Shown: positions 36,956-46,853 of the stretch, one piece after another
Layout of the letters: every line of letters begins with the position of its first letter
Position numbering within the stretch: position 1 is the stretch's first letter
From: Salisapilia sapeloensis CBS 127946
Lineage: Eukaryota; Protista; Oomycota
DNA length: 64,000 nt
Direction of reading: 5' to 3'
NCBI GenBank assembly: GCA_023334545.1
Contig: JAADVB010000036.1
Span: 1-64,000, forward strand
Notes under the pieces: generated by a model
Database searches by the model: none
What the model was told of the DNA's origin: nothing
Seen by the model: the letters and a program-made list of their open reading frames with translations, nothing else
Position numbers and translations under genes: made by a program

Positions 36956-37200
36956 GTTATGTATTTCTCTTACCAGACACACCTTGAAGTATCATCGAAG
37001 ATGCGCTCCCTTCCGACCTTGAGAACAACCAAGGCAAACGTACATCCAACTTAGCAGACATATATCTACAAACGCATGTCCATTATAGAGTCGTATCGAC
37101 CTAGTAGTCCATACGAATAGACCTTTGAAAAAAATTTCGAAGGGATGCGATATGTTGAAACAGACAAAATGGACAGATCGCGCAATATAGAGAGAAGAAG

Positions 37201-37209
37201 GCTCATTTT
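37201..37209 (+). promoter_or_regulatory. Putative oomycete-type initiator (GCTCATTTT) just upstream of the ABM gene ATG
   Basis: Matches the YCATTYY initiator core known from oomycete promoters; lies 5 nt before ATG 37215. A short motif, so it could be chance. Confidence 0.35.
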
Positions 37210-37214
37210 CGAAT

Positions 37215-37648
37215 ATGAGCAAGCCTGTGCGAGTGCTAAGCGAGCGTATCATGTCCCGAGGCTTTGAGCCGACGGTCTCACGCCTAATGGAGAACGTAAG
37301 CTACCTCCTAATATCTATTTTACCATCTTAAACGACTAATGTTCTGTCTTACAAAGGTACAAAAGGTGGTGGAGAGACAGCCTGGTCTCTTGTCCGTCGA
37401 GACATTGGCCGATGTGGAAAACCATCACAGCTACGTGGTCATGTCTGAAGTATCTCTTCCATATCGATTGTCTAGGCTATAGAACTAACTATAGCTGTGT
37501 CTAGTGGCGCTCCAAAGCTGACTACGACGCGTGGCAGAAGAGCAAAGACTATGAGGACTGCACGAAGAAGATTAATGAAGTGCTGGACGTGCCTGGCAAA
37601 CGTACACGCATTTTCAAGCACCCGGAAGAAGACATTTTCCTGCTCTAA
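37215..37648 (+). CDS. Antibiotic-biosynthesis-monooxygenase (ABM, dimeric alpha-beta barrel) family protein, 105 aa (exons 37215-37295, 37357-37449, 37505-37648)
   Basis: MSKPVRVLSERIMSRGFEPTVSRLMEN|VQKVVERQPGLLSVETLADVENHHSYVVMSE|WRSKADYDAWQKSKDYEDCTKKINEVLDVPGKRTRIFKHPEEDIFLL*. The QPG...ETL...YVVxSEW.S...W pattern is ABM-like. Confidence 0.8.
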
Positions 37649-37682
37649 TCAAACAATGCTGTCTTTGCTACCTACACTGCGT

Positions 37683-38820
37683 CTACTCTTGTTTCGCAAA
37701 CGTCTCGGCCATGATCAGTGGGAACACAAGCGTCGCGTCCGCGTACAGCTTTACAGGCTGACTGCCGAGACGCAATTTGCCCCACGAAAGCGCTTCATCC
37801 GGACGAGCACCAGCATCACTGCCATCAAACTCCTGTCCAGTGTTCACGAAGACGGCAAAATCCGCTCCGTTGCGCATGAGATTCGCATTTAAAATGTGGT
37901 GCTTCACAACACCCCCACCGAGGATGACAGCTCCAGTCTTTGGGGCACGAATAGCTTCGTCATTCATGCGTCGAATGTCGCTATTGATGTCCAAGACCAG
38001 TCCCTCGCGACGGTACGAATGGAAGTACATCATGTCTCCGATACTACCGTCCGTAAGAGCTGGGCAAAAGACCGGGATATTGTTCTTGTAGCACCAGTAG
38101 TAGACGGAAGACTCGTCGTTAATCTCTTTGCCTAGACGATGAATCATCTTGGAAGGAGACCAGACGACGCCATCCTTCTCCTGCTCATCGAGCATCGCGT
38201 CCAGAATCGGATTCATCCAGTCCTCAAACTTACAGTAGTTGTCGTTCGGTACGAGCAGATTACCGATACGGTTAATACCGCGACGACGCAGAGCTTCGCC
38301 TTGCAAGGCAAAGTCGCCAACGTACGTCGGTGCGAGGCACTTGATAAAGTCTTCTTCGATGCCACCAGCACTCGAGACGATGACGTCCACAAGCTTGTGC
38401 TCCGCCAAGTAGCGCAAGCTTTCACGTAGACCACTGGAGATCAAGTTGGACGTGTAGCCGAGGAAGATTTTAAACTTGACGGTGGCACGATACGCCGGGT
38501 CTTTCTTATCATCATCCGGTTCATCCTCTGGAATCGGATCGTCACTTAAGCGCCACTTGCGCATACGCTTAATCTCTTCAATCGCTTTGCCAAGATTCGT
38601 TCCTTGGTATCCCATCGTTGCATAACTCTTCATAAGCTTTTCGTAGTCCACACCTTGGTTAAAATCATACCTATATCGGTCCATACGTAAGCTATTATTC
38701 ATTTTAAAAGAATTCAAAGTAAACGTACCCTTGGACATGTTCACACTTCCCTTCTAGATCCTCTGAACGGACGAGCACAGCCGCCTGTGCCGTCGCTGGA
38801 GCACTACCTTCGCTTGTCAT
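37683..38820 (-). CDS. DHPS: Deoxyhypusine synthase (2 exons)
   Basis: [78 protein letters not shown]. Confidence 0.97.
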
Positions 38821-39017
38821 AATATTGAACGGACGCAAAAATACTTTGTGTGGACAGACTCGTCAGACCATACAAAAAGCAAATTATATATGTCATACGA
38901 GACATATCAGACTCAGTTGAACCTTGATCTGTTTACATGCAACATTGCTTTGGATAGAGAAACATTCGTGAAACATATGCATGACACATCTTTTGACACG
39001 GTGCGGCTGAGAGCTCC

Positions 39018-42000
39018 ATGGCGACGTCGAATGAGCTCTTCCGCGTCGAGAACCTCGTTAGTGTGCGTGATAGTGGCCTGCATATGGATGCCATGGCTGA
39101 GCGTACGTATGAGGGTAAGCAGGTGCTAGCCATGTCACTTTCTCGCACCATGGCAGAGGGACATTCCCTCTCGGTGGATAATTCTGATCGGATGGACAAT
39201 CTGCTGCTCGTACGTAGTATCGAGGAAGACAATACGCCTCGAATATGGAGGTTTCCCGTGCGTACGACGAAGAAGCAGCAGAAAAATGGATGGGCAGAGC
39301 GTATACAAGCGCTTGAATTCAGCCCGGAAGGCGACTGGCTTGCTGCACTGTCCTCCCGTAAGAATCGACTCCACTTGATCCCAGTCACAGAGCTCATAGG
39401 TAGACAGCGTCGGCGATTGCTACATGCCGATGCTTGTCGGAACGCATCTTCAGCGTCGACAATGTCGTCTGAGCTATTAAATGTCGAACCGAGCGTCATG
39501 ACGACGCAAATGGCCGCGTATCTTCGTCCGAGCAACGAAGCCGGGGGTGTCAACGGTGCAAGATACCAGTCCCAAGTCGCTGGAGATAAAGAACAGATGA
39601 GTACATTGGAGTTTAGCATCGGCCTAGGTCGCGTCACATGCTGTTGCTGGTGGCGTAGTCTCAACGGCATTGACTACTGCCTTATTGGTGGATCGGAATG
39701 CCTCGTGTCATTCGTTAACGTCAAGGAAAACACGGAGGAGTGTCGCTGTGAGCTACAAAACGCCGGTGAAGTGCTAACGATACAACTTCTCAGTGAAAAA
39801 TTCCGTCGTGAAAGTCGGACGACCATGCTTGTCAAGACACGTGATGAGCATCAGGCCATTCGATACTACCGTGTCGTTCTCGAGAAAAAGCAGGTGGTAG
39901 AGCCTCCATCATCCACTTCCATGCAAGCTTCTCCGCAGCAAAGTCGAAAGAGCATGCTGTCTCATGCCTCCCCTCGACGTAGTTTAGATGACACATACGT
40001 ATCTACCTCTCCTTCTGTTGCTTCTCCCTCTAATTTCGAACGCAGAGCATCTCGCATGCCTCCATTAAGTCACCAGAAGCCTCAGTATGTGATTAAAACC
40101 TTCCCAGAGCACTTCCTCCAGGATCTAGATTTCCGTCCACAGCGTATCCTCAAGCAGTCTCCATCCGTACGTCTACTCGCAGTCAATAGCATGTTGTCGT
40201 CCGAAAGCTCCCTCACTTCCTACGACCAAACGACAAGAACAGTCCGCGTCTACTCCAACTTCCAATGGAGTCTTAAGCGCGAGTATCAGGTTCCAAGTCT
40301 CTCTACATCTGCAGATGAACAAGTTACGGACGTTGATCTCGCATACACATCTTCAGACCTTATTCTCCTACGTGGTCAATGTAGCGAGTCCGGTACAAAC
40401 GTCTCGACATGGCTGTCTCTACCTTCTCGAAAGGCTGCAGATGATGAAGACGACACAGCTCGTATTGTCCACCACTTAAGGCTCCGTGACGATGAAGAAG
40501 TACAGCATGTGATTCAGACGACCAAAAAAGTAACGCAACAAAAAGATCATGCGCCAGAGGAAGGCGAAGAAGAAGTTGTGTATCTAGTGCAGACCAAACA
40601 TAACGTCTACGAGTGTCGTCCACAATGGTCTCGTCTGGCTCTATTCAAAGCCCTGTGCAACCAGACGCTATCTCTTGACAACGCGCTTTCTATCGGTTAT
40701 GCCCTCGGTACCGACATGGCATCTCTATGTCAAGTAGTAGCAGAAACATTATGTTCCCGTCTTTTGTCTTCTCCGTCGACTAACTCCGAGTCGATGCTCA
40801 AGTGGATTCGAGATCTCTTTCAATCCTCTCGTGCCTTTCCTTCAGCCGCGATCGAACAACTAACAGCTATTGACGGTTCTCGCTTTGCGATTGAATACGC
40901 TCGTTCTGTAGTTGAAAGCCCAAGTCTGTCGTTTGACTTTGGCTCTCTCGAGCGCCAACGTGTTTCGTTTTTGTTGATTGAACTCGTTTTAAATGAACAG
41001 CTACGACGTGATTCTGTCCGAGCAGCTCCTTTCGTTCCACCTAGTAAACAACTAGGTGAAGATGACGTTGGATTCTTGGAACAACCGGATGTATGGCTCG
41101 ATCGTTTCCTTCAGGAGAATGATGACTATGCGACGGAAGGTGTCGTGGATCTACTTCTATCGCATCATCAACTTGCTCGAGCCATCTCGGTGTCCAGTCG
41201 TCGTGATCAAGTCCATAACGTCCTGCAAAAGATCATCGATCGTGGCCTTGCAGCCTTTGCAAGTGAAGACGCGATTGATATCCTTCTGCAGGACGGAAAG
41301 AGCGAGCTATTGACACTGCCAGAGTCTCGCACTCTCCTACGTTCCTTGTCGATTGACACACAGATTCGAATCATGCTTGCTTACACTCCGTCTATCCTGC
41401 AACAACGAGATTGGATCCTACGACACTTGGATGCTATCTCTGATGATCATTGCCGTGCTTTGCTACCGACGCTACATCCTACTGATGCATCAGCAGAGAA
41501 GCCAAAGCTTCCAACTTATGACGCTAGACACAAGTATCCTGATACCTCCACGTCCGTCTACATGGAACCTCGACCGGAAGAAGTGTGTGAGCTCTATCTC
41601 TCTGTCTTACTACGTCTTGTCTATCTACAAGCATCAGACAAAAGCGAGGCACAAAAGGAAGTGGAAGACGCGTTGAAGCAGTTTACGGGCAAGTATCGTC
41701 CACCAGTTATGATCGCTCGATGCGTTGACTATAAGAACTGGACGGCAGCTGCATATATCTACCAAGTCCATCAAGAGCCTGTGCATGCGATTGAAAGCAG
41801 ACTACATGGCCTTGATCCATCTGCGGGTAGTCAGAACGCTGAAGAAATTCTAGCACTCGTCCAACAGCATGTGCTTGGACTCGATGAAAATAGTGAAAAG
41901 ACAGAGCTAGTAGGCAGAGCGATCCTTTCACGTATTCTCGTCAAGTGGTTTGAGCTCGAGCTACCAGCAAGTGACCTGGAAACGTTCGTGACCGAGTCGA

Positions 42001-42818
42001 ACGAACGATATGAGCAGCTAGCTCCTCTCTTTGGTAGTATCTTTTTCGCCACAAGCGTCGACGCTGCTGTTTCTACTAGATCCTTTGGTCACAAGAAACC
42101 GAACGCCTCCGAGGAGCATGCAGCATCTGATCAGGACCAGGAATGGATACGAAAGTGCCACAAACTCCCATTCAGTGGCTCCTTCCTCTTCAAAATCCTT
42201 TCGTCTTTCCTCCAATCAAAACAAACGCATGCGATAGACACGAGTATGATGCATTATGAGGAAGATGGAGAGCTGTTGGAACTCGTAAAGGAGAATATTG
42301 AAAAGAACGAAGCTATGGCCAAGGTCATTCATGTTGCGCCACACTCTGCGACGGCGCTAGGTAAGAGTGATCCGTTGGAGACACACGCCAAAGTCTTCAC
42401 GTGCGGGCATGTCTTTCCTAAACGTGTGTTTGAAGAAGAAGTCTTGCCGGAGTTTGATCGTCGAATGAACTCCCTGCCAGTAGCTCTGTTCACGACGAAG
42501 CAGTTACTCTTAAACGAGTTCAAACGCAGCATAGTACAAGCTCCATGTGCAATCTGCTGCTTTAATCATATTAGTCGGACGATCGAAGATGAGTTTGAGC
42601 TGAATGGCTTAGAAGAAGCTGATTTGAACGAGTCTCGATCCCAATCCCGACGATCGTCACTTCGCTTGAAGAAAGACGCTTCGGATTCTTTCTACTTTCT
42701 CCATCGCCAATCCCTCCATCACGCTTACTCGCTTTCAGATATCAAAGCGTCTTCCGGTCAAGAGGTCGATCGTGCTGGGGAGAACTTATGGCAATGGAAG
42801 GCACCGTCATTGAGCTAG
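39018..42818 (+). CDS. Large protein with beta-propeller-like N-terminus, helical middle and C-terminal Cys/His zinc-finger-like motif
   Basis: 1266-aa single-exon ORF; IQALEFSPEGDWLAAL and VTCCCWWRS are WD-like; C-terminal KVFTCGHVF...PCAICC. Confidence 0.6.
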   Translation: MATSNELFRVENLVSVRDSGLHMDAMAERTYEGKQVLAMSLSRTMAEGHSLSVDNSDRMDNLLLVRSIEEDNTPRIWRFPVRTTKKQQKNGWAERIQALEFSPEGDWLAALSSRKNRLHLIPVTELIGRQRRRLLHADACRNASSASTMSSELLNVEPSVMTTQMAAYLRPSNEAGGVNGARYQSQVAGDKEQMSTLEFSIGLGRVTCCCWWRSLNGIDYCLIGGSECLVSFVNVKENTEECRCELQNAGEVLTIQLLSEKFRRESRTTMLVKTRDEHQAIRYYRVVLEKKQVVEPPSSTSMQASPQQSRKSMLSHASPRRSLDDTYVSTSPSVASPSNFERRASRMPPLSHQKPQYVIKTFPEHFLQDLDFRPQRILKQSPSVRLLAVNSMLSSESSLTSYDQTTRTVRVYSNFQWSLKREYQVPSLSTSADEQVTDVDLAYTSSDLILLRGQCSESGTNVSTWLSLPSRKAADDEDDTARIVHHLRLRDDEEVQHVIQTTKKVTQQKDHAPEEGEEEVVYLVQTKHNVYECRPQWSRLALFKALCNQTLSLDNALSIGYALGTDMASLCQVVAETLCSRLLSSPSTNSESMLKWIRDLFQSSRAFPSAAIEQLTAIDGSRFAIEYARSVVESPSLSFDFGSLERQRVSFLLIELVLNEQLRRDSVRAAPFVPPSKQLGEDDVGFLEQPDVWLDRFLQENDDYATEGVVDLLLSHHQLARAISVSSRRDQVHNVLQKIIDRGLAAFASEDAIDILLQDGKSELLTLPESRTLLRSLSIDTQIRIMLAYTPSILQQRDWILRHLDAISDDHCRALLPTLHPTDASAEKPKLPTYDARHKYPDTSTSVYMEPRPEEVCELYLSVLLRLVYLQASDKSEAQKEVEDALKQFTGKYRPPVMIARCVDYKNWTAAAYIYQVHQEPVHAIESRLHGLDPSAGSQNAEEILALVQQHVLGLDENSEKTELVGRAILSRILVKWFELELPASDLETFVTESNERYEQLAPLFGSIFFATSVDAAVSTRSFGHKKPNASEEHAASDQDQEWIRKCHKLPFSGSFLFKILSSFLQSKQTHAIDTSMMHYEEDGELLELVKENIEKNEAMAKVIHVAPHSATALGKSDPLETHAKVFTCGHVFPKRVFEEEVLPEFDRRMNSLPVALFTTKQLLLNEFKRSIVQAPCAICCFNHISRTIEDEFELNGLEEADLNESRSQSRRSSLRLKKDASDSFYFLHRQSLHHAYSLSDIKASSGQEVDRAGENLWQWKAPSLS

Positions 42819-43012
42819 GTAGAGTGCTTCACACGACAAAGTTTATACGTTTCCAGTCTTTCAATTCCGTATATTCCGAGTTTAGCGTTGTGACTACGCA
42901 CGAGGGTATATACTCTAGAGCTAGCTTCAATGTACTTCGCATTTCTTAATCATCGCAAGTTAAACATAATATCGCTACGGTGTCTCGAGAGCATAGACAA
43001 GTTGCCAAGGGA

Positions 43013-43675
43013 TCATAGCTTTGGTAGAACCATCTTGTAGACAAAGCTCGAATCCAACGCTCGATTACTCCCGCTATAGTGCCAACGGAGTTTCGTAACG
43101 TCCGGGCGAGTCTCCTTTCCGATCGAATAGAGACACCGGAAGAGGAGTGCAGCGTGAGTACGCATGGCCTGCAGAACTTCGGATGAAACGGGCTTGAGTC
43201 TGTCGTGGGACTCGAAGATACTATGGATACTGGCTGCGATGTGCTCTGGGTGTCCACCATCATATTCCGAGTTGCACACTCGGAGCATGTACGGAGCGTC
43301 TGGCCCTCCCATTTGCAAGATACCGACAAACTTGTCTGGATCCATCAAGATGAGATTCAGCACAACGTATCCTTGCAAGAGACTGTCGTAGATACCAGTG
43401 CTTCCACCCATGGAAACTTCATAGTCAATATTCCACACCGTTGGATCCAGTGAATTTCCCTCCTCATCCACAGGATCACGCGTGTCCGTCTCGCCAAACT
43501 CTTTTACCGCATCCGCGAGACAATTCGCAAAGTGCTTCACCTTTTTCTCATCCGCTTCGCTCATACTCCAATTCCGCGTGTAATCAACGTGACCATTGTG
43601 CCCATACGCAACAAACTTTGCGTACACTTTCCCAAGTGATTCCCACGGCAATCGATGTGCTAGATGCGTGCTCAT
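43013..43675 (-). CDS. Hypothetical protein, 220 aa
   Basis: Long uninterrupted ATG-started ORF with globular composition, filling the gap between two genes. No family recognised. Confidence 0.65.
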   Translation of the reverse strand: MSTHLAHRLPWESLGKVYAKFVAYGHNGHVDYTRNWSMSEADEKKVKHFANCLADAVKEFGETDTRDPVDEEGNSLDPTVWNIDYEVSMGGSTGIYDSLLQGYVVLNLILMDPDKFVGILQMGGPDAPYMLRVCNSEYDGGHPEHIAASIHSIFESHDRLKPVSSEVLQAMRTHAALLFRCLYSIGKETRPDVTKLRWHYSGSNRALDSSFVYKMVLPKL

Positions 43676-43834
43676 CGTCTTACTGACGTCTCTGACGTAC
43701 TTGCTCCCTCCATCCCGAGTGATCGGTTACTATAGCTTCTCCTAGCTATACTATAGGTTATAATGGTGAGAATATTCTCGATAGTCCCGAAAAGAAATGA
43801 TTGGCGTCACCGGCACTTCCTGAAAATCGAGACC

Positions 43835-45220
43835 ATGACCATCGTTCGTCCGATCTTGGCAGCGACGGCAGTCGGGGCACGTACTGCCGGTCGTAAGCAC
43901 GTTATCCATAATGCAATTTTCTCTGGATCGAAATTGCAATCGAATAAACGTCTTCCAGCCATTGCAGCCACTTGGCAGCAAAAGTCAGACTTCCATAGCA
44001 CACCCGTTTCGCAGCAGTCGAAACGTGACTTTTATGAAGTCTTAGGCATTAATCGAGATGCTAGTAAGAACGAGATTAAGAAAAAGTACTATCAATTAGC
44101 GAAAAAGTATCATCCAGACGCGAATAAAGATGATCCGGATGCAGCGAAGAAATTCGCCGAAGCGACGGAAGCGTGGGAAGTGCTCGGAGATGAGGACAAA
44201 CGCAAAGCCTACGACTCCTTCGGACATGCTGGAGTCGATGGACAAGGTGGTGCAGGTGGATTCGGCGGTGGTGGAGGTTTCCAGGACTTTGAAGACATCT
44301 TTGGCGACTTTGCCAACATGTTTGGCGGTCAGCAAGGCTTTGGCGGCCGTGCTCGTCGGGCTGCCAACCAGCCACAGAGAGGTGCTGACTTGCAAGTGAA
44401 CGTGACAGTGAGCTTCATGGAAGCTGTGAACGGCACAACGCGTGACCTTCAGCTACAGTCGAATGAGGACTGTGATACGTGCAAGGGCTCTGGTGCCAAG
44501 CCCGGTACGAGCCGCAAGACGTGTCAGAACTGTAACGGCTCCGGTGTGGAAGTGATGCAGCAAGGTTTCTTTGCTGTCGAGACGCCGTGTCGACGATGCG
44601 GAGGAGAAGGATCGACACTCGAGTCGCCTTGTACGACGTGCCGTGGCGAAGGCACGGTCAAGAAGCCGCGACAGGTCGAGGTGAAGATCCCAGAGGGAGT
44701 CGATCAGGGCATGAACCTCCGATTGGCCCATCAGGGCGAGTCTGGACGTCGCGGGGGACCTTCGGGACACCTCTACGTCGGCATCAACGTCCAACCGGAT
44801 CCGTTCTTCAAGCGCCGTAAGACCGACGTTCTCGTGGATGTCCCCATCAGCATCGCGACGGCGGTCATGGGCGGTACTGTCGTGGTACCGACCTTGACGG
44901 GTGAAGTCGAGATGAAGGTGCCCAAGGGGACGCAGCCGGATACGGTGTTGCAGATGCGTGGCAAGGGCATTAAGGAGCTCAACTCGAATCTGCGTGGCTC
45001 GCAGTTGGTGACGCTGCAGATTCACGTTCCGAAGAACTTGACGCCTCGACAGGAAGAGCTGATGGAAGAGTTTAGGAAGGAAGAGGATGATAAGGCAGCA
45101 CAGGGAGACCGGACGTCCAAGCCACATACGTTTAGCGAGACGGTGAAGGAGACGGTGGATCGGATCAAGTCGTTCCTGCAGGGCAATGATAAAGACAAGG
45201 ACAAGGACAAGTCGTCGTAA
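43835..45220 (+). CDS. Mitochondrial type I DnaJ/Hsp40 chaperone (MDJ1/DNAJA3-like)
   Basis: Basic presequence, J domain with HPD, G/F region, four CxxCxGxG repeats and a C-terminal substrate-binding domain. Confidence 0.95.
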   Translation: MTIVRPILAATAVGARTAGRKHVIHNAIFSGSKLQSNKRLPAIAATWQQKSDFHSTPVSQQSKRDFYEVLGINRDASKNEIKKKYYQLAKKYHPDANKDDPDAAKKFAEATEAWEVLGDEDKRKAYDSFGHAGVDGQGGAGGFGGGGGFQDFEDIFGDFANMFGGQQGFGGRARRAANQPQRGADLQVNVTVSFMEAVNGTTRDLQLQSNEDCDTCKGSGAKPGTSRKTCQNCNGSGVEVMQQGFFAVETPCRRCGGEGSTLESPCTTCRGEGTVKKPRQVEVKIPEGVDQGMNLRLAHQGESGRRGGPSGHLYVGINVQPDPFFKRRKTDVLVDVPISIATAVMGGTVVVPTLTGEVEMKVPKGTQPDTVLQMRGKGIKELNSNLRGSQLVTLQIHVPKNLTPRQEELMEEFRKEEDDKAAQGDRTSKPHTFSETVKETVDRIKSFLQGNDKDKDKDKSS

Positions 45221-45437
45221 GTCACTGGGACGTTGTAGACGTTTATAAATATCCCTCGCAAGGCTACAAATACAGTTTTTGTTTCCCAAGTAGATTCGAG
45301 AGGACGAGTGCACCTCTTTAAGATACCTCATGCTTGTCAATCAGTTTGACTTGATCTTTGTATGGAAAGTAGACGAGTACTACTTTTTTTCCTTAGGAAG
45401 CTTTTGAACGCTGCGACGATAGACGTTTGCATACGAG

Positions 45438-46790
45438 ATGGAGTCTAGGCATACGTCGTCGACTGCTGAATTAGAGAAGCAGATTGCTGTGCTGAAAGAT
45501 GAAAATGCTCGGCTGCAGCGTCTCGCCACGAGCTCACAGCAGGCTGCTGCTCATAGCACTACGCGTCCATCCGACAGAGATGACGAACGATATGAACGTC
45601 AGATGCTCCTAGATGACTTTGGAATAGATGGGCAAACGAAGCTACGTGATTCGAACGTGCTTGTGGTCGGAGCTGGGGGACTGGGCTCTCCTGTCCTCAT
45701 GTATTTGACGTCCATGGGCGTCGAGTCGATCGGAGTAGTCGATCATGACTTCGTCGAGAGATCCAATCTCCATCGGCAAATCATTTACGACGACACGAGT
45801 ATCGGTCGGCTTAAAGTCGACGTTGCCAGACACCGCTTGAAGGCTCAGAGCCCACATCTGCAGTTAAAATCCTATCCAACTCGTCTTACAAGAGAGAATG
45901 CACTCGATATCATTAGCGATGGATATGATCTTGTGATAGACGCAACCGATAACCCACCCAGTCGTTATCTGATCAACGATGCTTGTGTGGCAACAGACAC
46001 ACCTCTTGTCTCGGGTAGTGCCATCGGCATAGAAGGACAAGTTACAGTCTTTACATACAACAGGTCCAAATGCCCTGATAGCATCCCATCAAGCGGTTGC
46101 TATCGATGCTTATATCCTGTCTCGACAGCTACGGCCGCTAGACCCAAGACCTGCACTGAAAGCGGCGTCATGGGTGTCGTACCTGGCATCATCGGATCAC
46201 TTCAGGCCATGGAAGCCGTAAAAGTACTCTCAGGTATGGGAAAACCGCTTGTAGGCGTTCAGTGCTTTTACGACGGCTACGACGGAAGTTTTCGACGGCT
46301 AAAACTTCCTCCACGACGTAAGTCTTGCATCGCTTGTGGCGATAACAAACTCTCATTCTCAGCTTTACAAGAATCTGCCTCCATGTCTTTCTGTCAAGGC
46401 GAGTCATCAACGTCAGCAGACGCTCTCGCGCCTGAGAATCGGATCTCAGCGCTAGGTTTCCATCGTTATGTACTAGAAAACTCTCCTAACAACGACTATG
46501 AACTCATTGATGTCCGTCCGGAAGCACAGTACCGATCCAAGCACTTTGCAAGTGCCAAGAACATACCTCTTCCTCACCTCTTACGTGCTTCCTCCGTCGA
46601 CAGCCTAGGAATACACAACGAAAACGATAGTGAGGATCAAAAACGACCTGTTTTCGTCCTCTGCCAACGAGGTGTAGCATCCGTCAGAGCAACCAAGTGG
46701 CTACTAGAGCACGGAATGACAAACGTAAAGAACGTAGAGGGAGGATACGCTGCATGCGCTGCATGGAGTTCGGGATTCTTATCGGAATAG
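45438..46790 (+). CDS. MOCS3: Adenylyltransferase/sulfurtransferase UBA4/MOCS3 (ThiF/MoeB + rhodanese)
   Basis: RYERQMLL, VLVVGAGGLG, DHDFVERSNLHRQ, DATDN, CYRCLYP, rhodanese LIDVRP...VLCQRGVAS...NVEGG. Confidence 0.92.
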   Translation: MESRHTSSTAELEKQIAVLKDENARLQRLATSSQQAAAHSTTRPSDRDDERYERQMLLDDFGIDGQTKLRDSNVLVVGAGGLGSPVLMYLTSMGVESIGVVDHDFVERSNLHRQIIYDDTSIGRLKVDVARHRLKAQSPHLQLKSYPTRLTRENALDIISDGYDLVIDATDNPPSRYLINDACVATDTPLVSGSAIGIEGQVTVFTYNRSKCPDSIPSSGCYRCLYPVSTATAARPKTCTESGVMGVVPGIIGSLQAMEAVKVLSGMGKPLVGVQCFYDGYDGSFRRLKLPPRRKSCIACGDNKLSFSALQESASMSFCQGESSTSADALAPENRISALGFHRYVLENSPNNDYELIDVRPEAQYRSKHFASAKNIPLPHLLRASSVDSLGIHNENDSEDQKRPVFVLCQRGVASVRATKWLLEHGMTNVKNVEGGYAACAAWSSGFLSE

Positions 46791-46853
46791 CAAAGCTACC
46801 TAGTCGATTCAAAAAAAGGAAAAATGCAAAGCCACATTGTCAGGACAAGTCTC

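Noticed and set aside
20606-42818. Apparent functional clustering of trafficking genes (VPS51, VPS18, propeller-RING protein) and of mitochondria-targeted genes
   Set aside because: They are interspersed with unrelated genes, and the counts are compatible with chance in a dense housekeeping region.
44453-45340. Long antisense ORFs (also 25599-26216, 28966-29679, 60363-60881)
   Set aside because: They are shadows of codon-biased genes on the opposite strand and have no independent motifs.
45438-46790. UBA4/MOCS3 as sulfur donor for the nickel-pincer pathway, about 8.5 kb from larB
   Set aside because: It is a universal eukaryotic gene for Urm1 and Moco thiolation. Known LarE chemistry does not use it, and several unrelated genes intervene.
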